A stretch of DNA of 64,000 nucleotides from the NCBI GenBank assembly GCA_964490255.1, contig CAZBCQ010000001.1:1535-65534 (forward strand), written 5' to 3'. The notes under the pieces are model-generated. The model was given only the letters and a program-made list of their open reading frames with translations, was not told the origin of the DNA and searched no databases. The stretch is from an uncultured Terriglobales bacterium. Lineage in GTDB: Bacteria; Acidobacteriota; Terriglobia; Terriglobales; Acidobacteriaceae. This document shows, piece after piece, positions 9,583-18,241 of this stretch; position 1 is the stretch's first letter, and every line of letters begins with the position of its first letter. The position numbers and the translations under genes are program-made.

Positions 9583-10881
9583 TTGATCAAGCGAATTTTC
9601 TTCGCGATGGCGCTCGTGTGCCTGTGCATTGCGACCGCCACCGCACAGGAAGAAGCGCCAACCCGCACGATTGTTTACGTAGGCCATCTGCTGGATGTGA
9701 AATCAGGCAAGACGCTCCCGAATCAGCAGATCGTAATTGAAGGCGACAAAATTGTAAGCGTCGGACCCTCCACAGGTCCCGGCGCGAAGGCCGGATACAA
9801 CATCATTGATCTTTCTAAAGCGACAGTTCTTCCCGGCCTCATCGATGCTCATACTCACCTCACCTTTTCTCCCGACCAGTTCGGATATCAGGCGCTTGGT
9901 ATTTCCATTCCACGGGAAGCACTCACCGGAGCTAAGAACGCGAAGCTCACCCTCGACGCGGGCTTTACGACAGTGCGCAACGTCGGCGCGGACGGATTCA
10001 CGGATGTGGCTCTGCGCGATGCGATCAACGCAGGCGATCTTCCCGGTCCGCGAATGCTGGTAAGCGGTCCGCTCATCGGAATCACGGGCGGCCATTGCGA
10101 CGAAAACCTGCTCCCTTACGAATTCCACCACCAGGGGGACGGGGTAGCCGACGGTGTTGCGGCCGTTCAGCACCAGGTACGCGAAAACATCAAGTACGGT
10201 GCTGACCTGATCAAAATTTGCGCGACCGGCGGAGTCATGTCAAAGGGCGACGATCCCAACGCCTCGCAATACACGCAGGAGGAACTGCGCGCCATTGTTG
10301 CCGACGCCCACCGGCTGGGGCGCAAAGTCGCTGCACACGCGCACGGCGCTGAGGGTGTTCGCTGGGCCTCCGACGCGGGAGTGGATTCCGTCGAGCACGG
10401 CCATCTTATGAACGATGCGTCCATTGCCACGCTGAAGAAGAACGGTACCTATCTTGTCCCAACGCTCTACTTGCTCGACTGGAATCGCGACAACATGGCA
10501 AAGCGCAATGTGCCCGACTACATTCAGAAGAAAATGCAGATGGTTTCCGCCGAAGCCGAGAACAATGCGAAGAAAGCCTTCCAGGCAGGAGTGAAAATCG
10601 CGCTGGGTACAGATGCGGCCGTCTATCCACACGGGCTGAACGCGCACGAGTTCGAAGTGTACACACGGCTCGGCATGACACCTTTGCAAGCCATCCAGAG
10701 CTCAGTGATCAATGGAGCCGATCTACTTGGGTGGTCCGACAAAGTCGGCACCATCGAACCCGGAAAATGGGCCGACATCGTCGCTGTTGATGGCGATCCG
10801 CTTGCCGACATCAGGACGCTGCAACACGTCCGGTTCGTGATGAAAGGCGGCACGGTGTACAAGAACGAGTACGGTCGTTAG
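9583..10881 (+). CDS. Amidohydrolase-superfamily metallo-hydrolase (secreted)
   Basis: TTG 9583 follows AGGAG (9571-9575). The ORF has a signal peptide, the HxH metal motif LPGLIDAHTHL, later His/Asp ligand contexts (AAHAHG, SVEHG, LGTDA) and the typical C-terminal ADIVAVDGDPLADI. Confidence 0.9.
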   Translation: MIKRIFFAMALVCLCIATATAQEEAPTRTIVYVGHLLDVKSGKTLPNQQIVIEGDKIVSVGPSTGPGAKAGYNIIDLSKATVLPGLIDAHTHLTFSPDQFGYQALGISIPREALTGAKNAKLTLDAGFTTVRNVGADGFTDVALRDAINAGDLPGPRMLVSGPLIGITGGHCDENLLPYEFHHQGDGVADGVAAVQHQVRENIKYGADLIKICATGGVMSKGDDPNASQYTQEELRAIVADAHRLGRKVAAHAHGAEGVRWASDAGVDSVEHGHLMNDASIATLKKNGTYLVPTLYLLDWNRDNMAKRNVPDYIQKKMQMVSAEAENNAKKAFQAGVKIALGTDAAVYPHGLNAHEFEVYTRLGMTPLQAIQSSVINGADLLGWSDKVGTIEPGKWADIVAVDGDPLADIRTLQHVRFVMKGGTVYKNEYGR

Positions 10882-10972
10882 TTATTGGTCCTTTGTCGTT
10901 GGCAATGGCGATGTCTTGAAGTCTCTGGCGAACGACTAACGGCCATCGACTAACGACGAATGCAAAAGACTT

Positions 10973-11011
10973 GCGCGGGTACGATGGCAAGCTGTGGAAA
11001 CGTACCCGCGC
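10973..11011. other. Stable 11-bp stem-loop in convergent intergenic region
   Basis: gcgcgggtacg (10973-10983) pairs perfectly with cgtacccgcgc (11001-11011) across a 17-nt loop. No T-run lies on either side, so it is not a classical intrinsic terminator. Confidence 0.5.
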
Positions 11012-11110
11012 TGGGTGGGTGATTCAATTCTTACTACTCTAGGGCTGAAGTTCGCGGCCTCCGAAAAAATCCGATTCTTGTTCCAGATTTGGAAATCGTG
11101 CCACCAGCAA

Positions 11111-11137
11111 TAAAAAAGGCCGGCTCAGCCGGCCTTT
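11111..11137 (-). terminator. Intrinsic terminator downstream of the HU gene
   Basis: ggccggc/gccggcc stem (11118-11134). On the minus strand it is followed by T6 (the complement of A6 at 11112-11117). It lies 20 nt after the HU stop. Confidence 0.75.
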
Positions 11138-11157
11138 CCTGCGTGTGCTGCGTGAAA

Positions 11158-11454
11158 CTACTTCTTTGCGGGAGCGATGGCTTCCTTGGCCACTTTCGCC
11201 ACGCGGAATTTCACCACAGTCTTGGCGGGAATCTTGATGGGCTCGCCGGTCTGCGGATTGCGGCCAACGCGAGCTTTGCGGTTCGATTTCACCAGGCGGC
11301 CGAGGCCGGGAATGACGAACACGCCATTCTTCTTGGTCTCTTTCAGCGCAGTGTCAGCCAGGGTCTGCAGAAATGTAGCAGCTTGCTTATTGTTGACGCC
11401 CACCTTCTCAGCAAGGTGACGTACGAGTTGTGTCTTGGTCAATCCAGATGCCAT
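11158..11454 (-). CDS. hup: HU family DNA-binding protein
   Basis: 98 aa with the classic HU signature (...GFGTF-like VIPGLGRLVKSNRKARVGRNPQTGEPIKIPAKTVVKFRVAK) and a Lys/Ala-rich tail. Confidence 0.95.
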   Translation of the reverse strand: MASGLTKTQLVRHLAEKVGVNNKQAATFLQTLADTALKETKKNGVFVIPGLGRLVKSNRKARVGRNPQTGEPIKIPAKTVVKFRVAKVAKEAIAPAKK

Positions 11455-11616
11455 GAATCCTCCTTGATGTAACTTCGATTGCGACTCAGTGCGCCCATCC
11501 TACATCAGTATTTAGTGCATGAGAAGCGTTCGAGCCGCATTTTATGCGGGTTTTAGACGCTCTGGGCGAAAAAAGCCTGTGGAAATCACGTTTTTTGCGG
11601 GTTTTTTAGGAAAACC

Positions 11617-13095
11617 CTATGCTTCCAGCTTGTTCGTGAGGAGCTCGTTCACCGCTGCTGGATTCGCTTGTCCCTTCGAGGCTTTCATGACTTGGCCAAC
11701 AAAGAAGCCGATAATCGTCTTCTTCCCAGCCCTGTATTGCTCGACCTGCTTGGGATTCGCAGCAATCAATTCATCGATGATTTTCTCCAGCGCTCCGGTA
11801 TCCGTCGACTGCTTCGGACTCCCTTCTTCTTCATACACCAGCGGGAAATCCTTGTTGCGCTCGAACGAGAGATCGTAAAGCTCCTTCAGCATTTTGCTGG
11901 AGATCGCGCCCGACTCCACCAGGTCCGCCGAAACCGCCACGCCCTTCATTGAAATCGGCGAGTCTTCGATTGCGAGCCCCTTGGCTTTCAACCGTCCCTG
12001 CAACTCGCTCTGCACCAGGTTGGCCACGCGCTTCGGACTCTTCGCAGCTTTGGCCGCTTCTTCAAACTGGTCGGCGAAGCTCTTGCTCGCGGTCAGCACC
12101 TCGGCGTCGTACTGCGTAATGCCGAACTCGCGGACAAAGCGCTCGCGCCGTGCATCCGGAAGTTCGGGCATGGTTGCTTCAATCTGCTTTTCCCAAGCCG
12201 AGTCGACTACTAGGGGTAACAAGTCTGGTTCGGGGAAGTAGCGGTAGTCGTGCGCGCGCTCCTTGCTGCGCATGCCATAAGTCTTCCCCTCATTCGCGTT
12301 GTACAGGCGCGTTTCCTGCACGACTTTCTCACCAGATTCGATCAAGTCAATCTGTCGTTCGATCTCATATTCCAGCGCCTCACGTATAAAGCGGAACGAA
12401 TTCACATTTTTGACTTCCGCCTTCGTCCCAAATTCCTTCTGCCCCACCGGCCTGACGCTGACGTTGGCATCGCAACGCAGCGAGCCCTCCTCCATGTTGC
12501 AATCGCTCACCCCGGTGAACAGAATGATCTCTTTCAGCTTGGTCAGATACTCGTACGCTTCGTCGGGTGACCGCATGTCGGGCTCGCTGACAATCTCGAT
12601 GAGCGGCGTGCCGCAGCGATTCAGATCGAGATAGGTGCTGCTCCCGGAATCCACGAATCCATCGTGAATGCTTTTGCCCGCATCCTCTTCCATGTGGACG
12701 CGCGTGATGCCAATTTTCTTCGTGGCGCCATCCGCCGTGACCTCAATCGTGCCAAACTCCGCCAGCGGCTTGTCATATTGCGAGATCTGGTAGCCCTTCG
12801 GCAGATCGGGATAAAAGTAGTTCTTTCGCGCGAAGATCGACGTCTCGTTGATCCGGCAGCCCAGCGCTTTCGACGCAAGCACGGCGAATTCCACCGCCTT
12901 ACGATTCAGGACCGGCAGCGCGCCCGGCAGCCCCAGACAAACTGGGCAGACGTTCGTATTTGGCGGATCGCCAAATCTGTTCGAGCATCCACAGAAAATC
13001 TTGCTGGCCGTGAGCAGCTGTACGTGAACTTCCAGGCCGATCACCGGCTCATATTTTGCGCGCACGTCTTTCGGAAGCGCTGTCGTGGTCGCCAT
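11617..13095 (-). CDS. gatB: Asp-tRNA(Asn)/Glu-tRNA(Gln) amidotransferase subunit B
   Basis: 492 aa. The N-terminus YEPVIGLEVHVQLLTASKIFCGC...PNTNVCPVCLGLPGALPVLN and the C-terminal YqeY-like tail are diagnostic of GatB. Confidence 0.97.
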   Translation of the reverse strand: MATTTALPKDVRAKYEPVIGLEVHVQLLTASKIFCGCSNRFGDPPNTNVCPVCLGLPGALPVLNRKAVEFAVLASKALGCRINETSIFARKNYFYPDLPKGYQISQYDKPLAEFGTIEVTADGATKKIGITRVHMEEDAGKSIHDGFVDSGSSTYLDLNRCGTPLIEIVSEPDMRSPDEAYEYLTKLKEIILFTGVSDCNMEEGSLRCDANVSVRPVGQKEFGTKAEVKNVNSFRFIREALEYEIERQIDLIESGEKVVQETRLYNANEGKTYGMRSKERAHDYRYFPEPDLLPLVVDSAWEKQIEATMPELPDARRERFVREFGITQYDAEVLTASKSFADQFEEAAKAAKSPKRVANLVQSELQGRLKAKGLAIEDSPISMKGVAVSADLVESGAISSKMLKELYDLSFERNKDFPLVYEEEGSPKQSTDTGALEKIIDELIAANPKQVEQYRAGKKTIIGFFVGQVMKASKGQANPAAVNELLTNKLEA

Positions 13096-13264
13096 ATCTC
13101 TATAGTTTGTGGTTTTCGGCGCAAAGTTTCAAGAACAGAGGTCGCAGCGAATGCGCGCCGGACATTGTTTCCAGAAAGCGAAGCGAACCAGATGCTCGCT
13201 TTGAGCGGCAAAAATGGAAAGCCAATTCGCACGCTTCGCGTTCGGCTGTTTGAGGAACTGGACT

Positions 13265-14800
13265 CTACGCTGCCCGCTCCAGTGGGATGGTTACGCTGAA
13301 TACCGTTCGTCGCGGACCTTCTTCCGTCGATGCCGCAATCTCGCCCCCATATTGCTGGATGATGTTACGGCTTACCCACAATCCCAACCCAGTGCCCTTT
13401 TCGCTTTTGGTCGTGAAAAATGGTTCGAAGATTGTCTGCAACTGTGAGTTTGGGATCCCTTCGCCCGTATCCTCCACTCGCACTTCTATTGCGGCCGACT
13501 CACGCAATCGAGTGTTTTTCGTAGACACTTTGAGAGTTCCGCCTTGGGGCATGGCATCGATGGCATTCGTGATCAGATTGGAGAAGACCTGCCGGAACTC
13601 GCCGGCAACTCCCTTCAGGCAGCCGTCAGCTTCAAGATCGCGGGTCACGTGGATCTTCTTCGCAACCAGTTTTCCTGCGAACAGATCAAGCACGCTCTCC
13701 ACCGCATCCTTCAGGCAAACGATTCCCGGTTGAGAGGTGCCTCGATAGAAGCCAAGTGTCTGGCGAGCAATCTGAGAAACGCGATGCAACTCCCGGCTCG
13801 CAATCCGAAGGTACTCGCCCCCCGTCGGCGTTAGCGCCTCCCGCTCCAGCAGGTAGAGCAGGTTCACAATAGATTCCAGGGGATTATTGATCTCGTGCGC
13901 CACTGTCGCCGCCATTCGTCCCGAAGCGGCCAGACGCTCGGACTGAATCAACGCAGCTTCGGCTCGTTTTCGCTCTGTCAAATCACGTGCCACACAAGCA
14001 AAAAATGCGGGCTGGCCTGAACTGGTGGTGCCGATCACGAATAGATTGCAGAATGCGGGAATCCCGGAGTCATTTTCAAAGTTCCGCAGGTAAAGCTCCC
14101 CGCTCCATACACTCTGTTTGGTCAGTGCCGGCTTGATGACGGTTTCCAACTTGTCCTGGTCCCCCCGATGGAACAGATCAAGCATGAAACTGGCTGGGTG
14201 CGCTCTCGTGATATTTAAAGTACGTTTGCCCGAGCGATTGAGGAAAACCAGGCGTTGTTCATGGTCCGCCAAGCCGATCAGATCAGGACTATTCTCCACC
14301 AGAGCTATCAGTCGCTGGCGTTCCTGCTCGGCGGAACGCTGGTCGCGTATGTCACGCGCTACCGCCGAGAAACCCGTCAGTTTGTGATTGTCGTAGTACA
14401 CCGGAGAGATCGTTAGTGCTACATCCACGCGTGCGTCGTGCTTTGTCTTCTGGACGGTCTCGAAGTGTTCAATCCGCTCCCCGGCGCGGATCCGGGCCAG
14501 AATCCTAGCTAGCTCCTCCGCTTCTTCCGTTGGGATTAACAGTTCAATTGGCTTTCCAATGATTTCTTTGCTGGAATATCCGAACAGGCGCTCGGCAGCT
14601 GGATTCCACGTAAGTACCGTGCCGCCTACATCGAAGCTGTAGATGGCGTCGGTGCTGTGCTCGACGATCGCCGCGAGGAAGGCCTCTGCCTGCTCTTCAG
14701 GTAACCGCAGGAAACCAGCTTTCGCAATGATGTCTCTTGGCTCGGAATGATCCTTTGCTATACCGGCCTCGGCAGAGTCGTTGGTCTCAGGTCGCAGCAT
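13265..14800 (-). CDS. PAS-domain sensor histidine kinase (cytoplasmic)
   Basis: Two PAS-like segments are followed by the H-box (MAATVAHEINNPL), N-box (NLITNAIDAM) and G-boxes (DTGEGI, GTGLGLWVS). No TM helices are evident. Confidence 0.9.
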   Translation of the reverse strand: MLRPETNDSAEAGIAKDHSEPRDIIAKAGFLRLPEEQAEAFLAAIVEHSTDAIYSFDVGGTVLTWNPAAERLFGYSSKEIIGKPIELLIPTEEAEELARILARIRAGERIEHFETVQKTKHDARVDVALTISPVYYDNHKLTGFSAVARDIRDQRSAEQERQRLIALVENSPDLIGLADHEQRLVFLNRSGKRTLNITRAHPASFMLDLFHRGDQDKLETVIKPALTKQSVWSGELYLRNFENDSGIPAFCNLFVIGTTSSGQPAFFACVARDLTERKRAEAALIQSERLAASGRMAATVAHEINNPLESIVNLLYLLEREALTPTGGEYLRIASRELHRVSQIARQTLGFYRGTSQPGIVCLKDAVESVLDLFAGKLVAKKIHVTRDLEADGCLKGVAGEFRQVFSNLITNAIDAMPQGGTLKVSTKNTRLRESAAIEVRVEDTGEGIPNSQLQTIFEPFFTTKSEKGTGLGLWVSRNIIQQYGGEIAASTEEGPRRTVFSVTIPLERAA

Positions 14801-14899
14801 AATGGGGAACGGGACTTGCCAAAGCGTAATACTTCGGAATTACTTGTCACTCTGATGCCCGAATCGCATCCAGCGTTAACCTTCGGTTAAATTTCAGCG

Positions 14900-15478
14900 T
14901 CACAGTTCACTTGGCCCTCCAAGAGTCTGCAGCAGCTTCAGCAACTCTGCTGGATCGTGGGAGCTCACAAGTTCCGTGTCACTGCAGTCAAACCTGACCT
15001 TATTCGGGCTAAGCGCAACGATCTTCATACGTGAGTTCCGCTTCCGAACTTCCTTTACGAATTCTTCGCACGGCATGTCTTCCAAAGTCACATCCACCGC
15101 TACCGCGTCGACATTCGGAAAGCGATCCAGCATTTCGAGGCCTTCGTTGCCGCTGTACGCGGTGATCACGTTGTGTTTAGCCGTCTCAATGAGCAACTTA
15201 CGCGTGGAGAGACCCTGTGCGGGTTCGCTCTCTACAATTAAGAACGTGAGACGCGTCGCCACGGAACTTGGGATGCGGAAATTGGATTTCGTGCTCCCTT
15301 GTCGCAGGCCGATGGAACTCACCATCGCTGATGTGAGTTCCTGGTTGGTTGCGTACGTTGCGTGTGCACAGCAGTATTCAATCGCGCGAACGAGTGTCGT
15401 GCTCGAAACTTCAACGCGCGCGTTTCGAGAGGAATCCTTCTTTCTTTCGATTGATCGCATCCGCTTTCCAGCTAGCAC
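14900..15478 (-). CDS. Stand-alone receiver-like (response-regulator-type) protein, atypical
   Basis: The C-terminal ~120 aa resemble a CheY-like receiver (FLIVESEP...AVAVDVTLEDMPCEEF...KIVALSPN). The N-terminal ~65 aa are unassigned. It lies directly upstream of the kinase on the same strand. Confidence 0.6.
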   Translation of the reverse strand: MLAGKRMRSIERKKDSSRNARVEVSSTTLVRAIEYCCAHATYATNQELTSAMVSSIGLRQGSTKSNFRIPSSVATRLTFLIVESEPAQGLSTRKLLIETAKHNVITAYSGNEGLEMLDRFPNVDAVAVDVTLEDMPCEEFVKEVRKRNSRMKIVALSPNKVRFDCSDTELVSSHDPAELLKLLQTLGGPSEL

Positions 15479-15530
15479 TCTGCCTTGCTGAGTGCTGCCA
15501 TAGTTACAGTGTTTGCAGTAAGCACTGATA

Positions 15531-16259
15531 TTGCTGCATCTAATCAGTCACAGGCTGGAACGGTCAAATGGTCGCGGCGAGATGGAGCTAGAAGCTTCCG
15601 ACGTTACCTTCGAACGACCAGCAAAAGTGACTTGCACGCCAGAGTTACTCAAGGGAGAATGCGCGCAAATCACGACGGCGCTCTTCGCGCCGGATGTGGG
15701 AGGGGGAATGGTTCCGGAAAGCAATCCACTTAGGAGTTTCTTTTTTGATCTTGTGTCACACCACTTCGCGACTTCCTTCGAGATTCGCGACACCGAAGTG
15801 AGCGCCTACATCTCGGACATGCTCACCGAGTTCTGCCACACCGACCAGTTGCACAGAATTCGTAACGTGAATGGCCGGCCGCTGGACGATGTCGGAGAGA
15901 TGTTGCTGGAATCGGATCCAGTTTACGGACCCGCGCCCAGCTTCGACCGCGAACGCCAGGTCCGCAAGCACATTGGCGACTATACGTTGTTTTTTACGGG
16001 GATGTTTCCGGAGAGCATCAACCACTATCGCCTCCGCCGCGTTAGGCTCGAAAACATGATCGACTTTATCAAGGCAGGCAAGGAGAGTTACTACATCGTT
16101 TCGAAGTTCGACTGCTTCGAGTACCAGAAAGTCGCGCCGCTGTTTCGCAAACTGTCGGTGCACTTCGAAGAATGCGTCGTCGGACTGAACATGGTGAAGA
16201 ACGAACTGCAGGAGCGCCAGCATCCCATCGTGCGACAAGCGCCCGAGCTGCTGATGTAG
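15531..16259 (+). CDS. Conserved hypothetical protein
   Basis: 242-aa ORF with good coding character. The start is uncertain; ATG 15582 is an alternative. No family recognised. Confidence 0.65.
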   Translation: MLHLISHRLERSNGRGEMELEASDVTFERPAKVTCTPELLKGECAQITTALFAPDVGGGMVPESNPLRSFFFDLVSHHFATSFEIRDTEVSAYISDMLTEFCHTDQLHRIRNVNGRPLDDVGEMLLESDPVYGPAPSFDRERQVRKHIGDYTLFFTGMFPESINHYRLRRVRLENMIDFIKAGKESYYIVSKFDCFEYQKVAPLFRKLSVHFEECVVGLNMVKNELQERQHPIVRQAPELLM

Positions 16260-16306
16260 TTTGCTAAATGTGCTGATGTAGGTTCGCGATTGTGCTGATG
16301 CAGTTT
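16248..16306 (+). repeat. Three direct copies of a 15-mer with exact 22-bp phasing
   Basis: The copies are ctgctgatgtagttt (16248), gtgctgatgtaggtt (16270) and gtgctgatgcagttt (16292). The first copy contains the TAG stop (16257-16259) of the preceding CDS. Confidence 0.8.
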
Positions 16307-16320
16307 AGTCATTGTTAGTG

Positions 16321-16350
16321 GCGCGGGCGCGCTCTTGCCCGCGCTTTGAT
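16321..16350 (+). terminator. Candidate intrinsic terminator (between convergent genes)
   Basis: gcgcgggc (16321-16328) pairs with gcccgcgc (16337-16344) across an 8-nt loop, followed by tttgatt. Confidence 0.6.
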
Positions 16351-16360
16351 TCGATTTCGC

Positions 16361-16918
16361 TTACCCAACGCGATAAAAGCTCAGCCCCGCATCTCCCTGC
16401 AATAGCGTCCTGAACCGTCTTACTCTCCCAACGCCTTCCCCCGGATCGAATCTTTTGTCGTGCTCGGCAATCACCACCGCGCCCGCCCTCATCACGCTCA
16501 GCTCCGACAACGCTCGCAGCACGCCTTCGTACTGACCTTCCATCCGGTATGGCGGGTCGAAAAAGCAGTAGTCGTACGAACCAGATAATTGCGGTAGCGC
16601 CTTCAGCGCATCCTGCTCGATCACGTCCGCGCCATCGCTGATCTCCAGGCTCTTCAGATTCTCGCGGATCGCTCTCGCTGCCTGCTTGGCTTTTTCGACA
16701 AACGTTACCGATCCAGCGCCCCGGCTCAGTGCCTCGATCCCCACGGCTCCCGTTCCCGCATACAAGTCCAGCCATGCCGTTCCCTCGAGCGCATCCGGTG
16801 CGCCTGCGGTCAAAACGTTGAACAGCGTTTCGCGTAAGCGGTCCGACGTCGGACGGACATCGAGTCCCGCCAGCGCGCGCAGCGGCCGGCTGCGGTATTT
16901 GCCAGAAATGATGCGCAT
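16361..16918 (-). CDS. rsmD: 16S rRNA (guanine966-N2)-methyltransferase RsmD
   Basis: From ATG 16918 the protein reads MRIISGKYRSRPL...TSDRLRETLFN...LDLYAGTGAVGIEALSRGA...FFDPPY, the RsmD signature. The longer track ORF (to 17050) would overlap the divergent gene. Confidence 0.9.
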   Translation of the reverse strand: MRIISGKYRSRPLRALAGLDVRPTSDRLRETLFNVLTAGAPDALEGTAWLDLYAGTGAVGIEALSRGAGSVTFVEKAKQAARAIRENLKSLEISDGADVIEQDALKALPQLSGSYDYCFFDPPYRMEGQYEGVLRALSELSVMRAGAVVIAEHDKRFDPGEGVGRVRRFRTLLQGDAGLSFYRVG

Positions 16919-16988
16919 GCGAACGTATTCTATTCTGCGGCCGCAGCCACTCTGGATAGCGTCGGGCACGCCCGTCCAGATAAAATGA

Positions 16989-18125
16989 GTGCACATGGGA
17001 AACTGGGCCGCATCGATTCTGCGCAGCTGGTCAATTCCGGTGGGCCGCATCGGTAATGCGCACGTGCGCTTGCATCTGTCTTTTTTCTTTTTGCTGGCAT
17101 ACGTCTGGATGACCGATTCGAAGGCGCTGGGCAGCGCCGTCTACAGCCGCGGACTCGCGTTGATGGGCCTCATTCTCCTCTCAGTCATCATCCACGAACT
17201 GGCGCATGGCCTTATCACCATTCACCGGAAGCTTCCCGTCCGGGTGCTGGTCCTGATGCCCATCGGCGGTATTGTTCTGGCCGACGACTCCGCCCAGCAG
17301 GAGCGTGATAGTGGCGGTGAACTCGCGGTAGCGCTCGCGGGTCCGGTGGCGAATCTGTTCGTCTCGTTCGTTGCCGGAAGCATTGTCCTTGGCCTGATCC
17401 CCGGCGCCGCGCTTTGGTCCTCGCCTTTCGTTTCCAGTGAGAACCTGTTACGCAGTTTCGTCTGGATCAATTTCGCGCTCTTTGCCCTGAATCTGATGCC
17501 TGCATATCCGCTCGATGGCGGCCGCATCCTGCGTGCTCAACTCGCACGCCGCGCAGACGCTTTCCGTGCCACGCGCCAGGCCGTCAGCCTTGGACAGATG
17601 TTTGCCATCGCACTTGTCTTGCCTGGCATCATCGTCCCTGACTTCTGGAACCGCTGGCTGATGCTGGTGGGTCTTGTTCTGTTCCTCGCAGCACAACTGG
17701 AGCAGCGCGCGGTCTTGTTGCAGTCGGTACTCGAAAATCTGCGGCTCGAAGACGTGATGCTTACCGACTTCGCCTTCCTCTCACCGGCCGACACGCTCGA
17801 GGATGCGCTCAAGAAGGCCGTTCACACGCTTCAGGACGATTTCCCCGTCATCCGCAGCGGCGATCTCGTGGGCGTCGTCTCGCGCCAGCGTATAGTCGAG
17901 GAGCTTCGTGGCGAAGGCAATGGTTACGTGCAATCCGCCATGGACCGCGCGTTCCAGATCGCCCAGAAAGGCGAATCACTGGCTTCGGCCTTGCGTAAAC
18001 TCACAGCCCAGCGCCTGACGCTAATCCCCGTCGTCGACGAAGGCCGCCTGGTCGGAATCATCACCTTCCAGAACCTGATGCACAGCATGCGCCTGTTGGC
18101 CGAGTCCCGCCGCCTCAAGCGTTAG
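16989..18125 (+). CDS. Site-2 protease family (M50) metalloprotease with tandem CBS domains
   Basis: Contains the HExxH motif (IHELAHG), multiple TM helices, a second metal-ligand region (NLMPAYPLDGGRIL) and a C-terminal CBS pair. The start is GTG 16989 or ATG 16995. Confidence 0.9.
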   Translation: MHMGNWAASILRSWSIPVGRIGNAHVRLHLSFFFLLAYVWMTDSKALGSAVYSRGLALMGLILLSVIIHELAHGLITIHRKLPVRVLVLMPIGGIVLADDSAQQERDSGGELAVALAGPVANLFVSFVAGSIVLGLIPGAALWSSPFVSSENLLRSFVWINFALFALNLMPAYPLDGGRILRAQLARRADAFRATRQAVSLGQMFAIALVLPGIIVPDFWNRWLMLVGLVLFLAAQLEQRAVLLQSVLENLRLEDVMLTDFAFLSPADTLEDALKKAVHTLQDDFPVIRSGDLVGVVSRQRIVEELRGEGNGYVQSAMDRAFQIAQKGESLASALRKLTAQRLTLIPVVDEGRLVGIITFQNLMHSMRLLAESRRLKR

Positions 18126-18241
18126 AACAAAAATGGGTGTTTTCCCAATTTGTTGGGCTATTTTGATAACATTCTTCGCGTTCGCTCGTCTTAAACCGTT
18201 TCGGGTGAAATAGAGTAGCCCAGCCCCCTCCAGGAGATCCT

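Noticed and set aside
10932-10955. Short direct repeat cgactaacg x2 downstream of the amidohydrolase gene.
   Set aside because: There are only two 9-bp copies and they carry no further structure, so this is probably chance or a minor slippage relic.
11520-11616. Hairpins with flanking A/T runs between hup and gatB (ccgcat…atgcgg, gggtttt…aaaaccc) as discrete terminators.
   Set aside because: The stems are short (6-7 bp) and A/T-rich, and the T-run orientation is ambiguous relative to gatB. One probably terminates gatB, but I cannot assign coordinates confidently.
16305-16994. 229-aa ORF in an alternative frame overlapping rsmD. Related cases are the long N-terminal extensions offered by the ORF track for rsmD (to 17050), rsmG (to 33143), the M28 peptidase (to 37940), the OsmC gene (from 6102) and the SPFH gene (from 27614).
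   Set aside because: The alternative frame is Arg/Gly-rich and motif-free. The extensions overlap divergent genes or lack signal-peptide logic, while internal starts give canonical N-termini or good RBS spacing.
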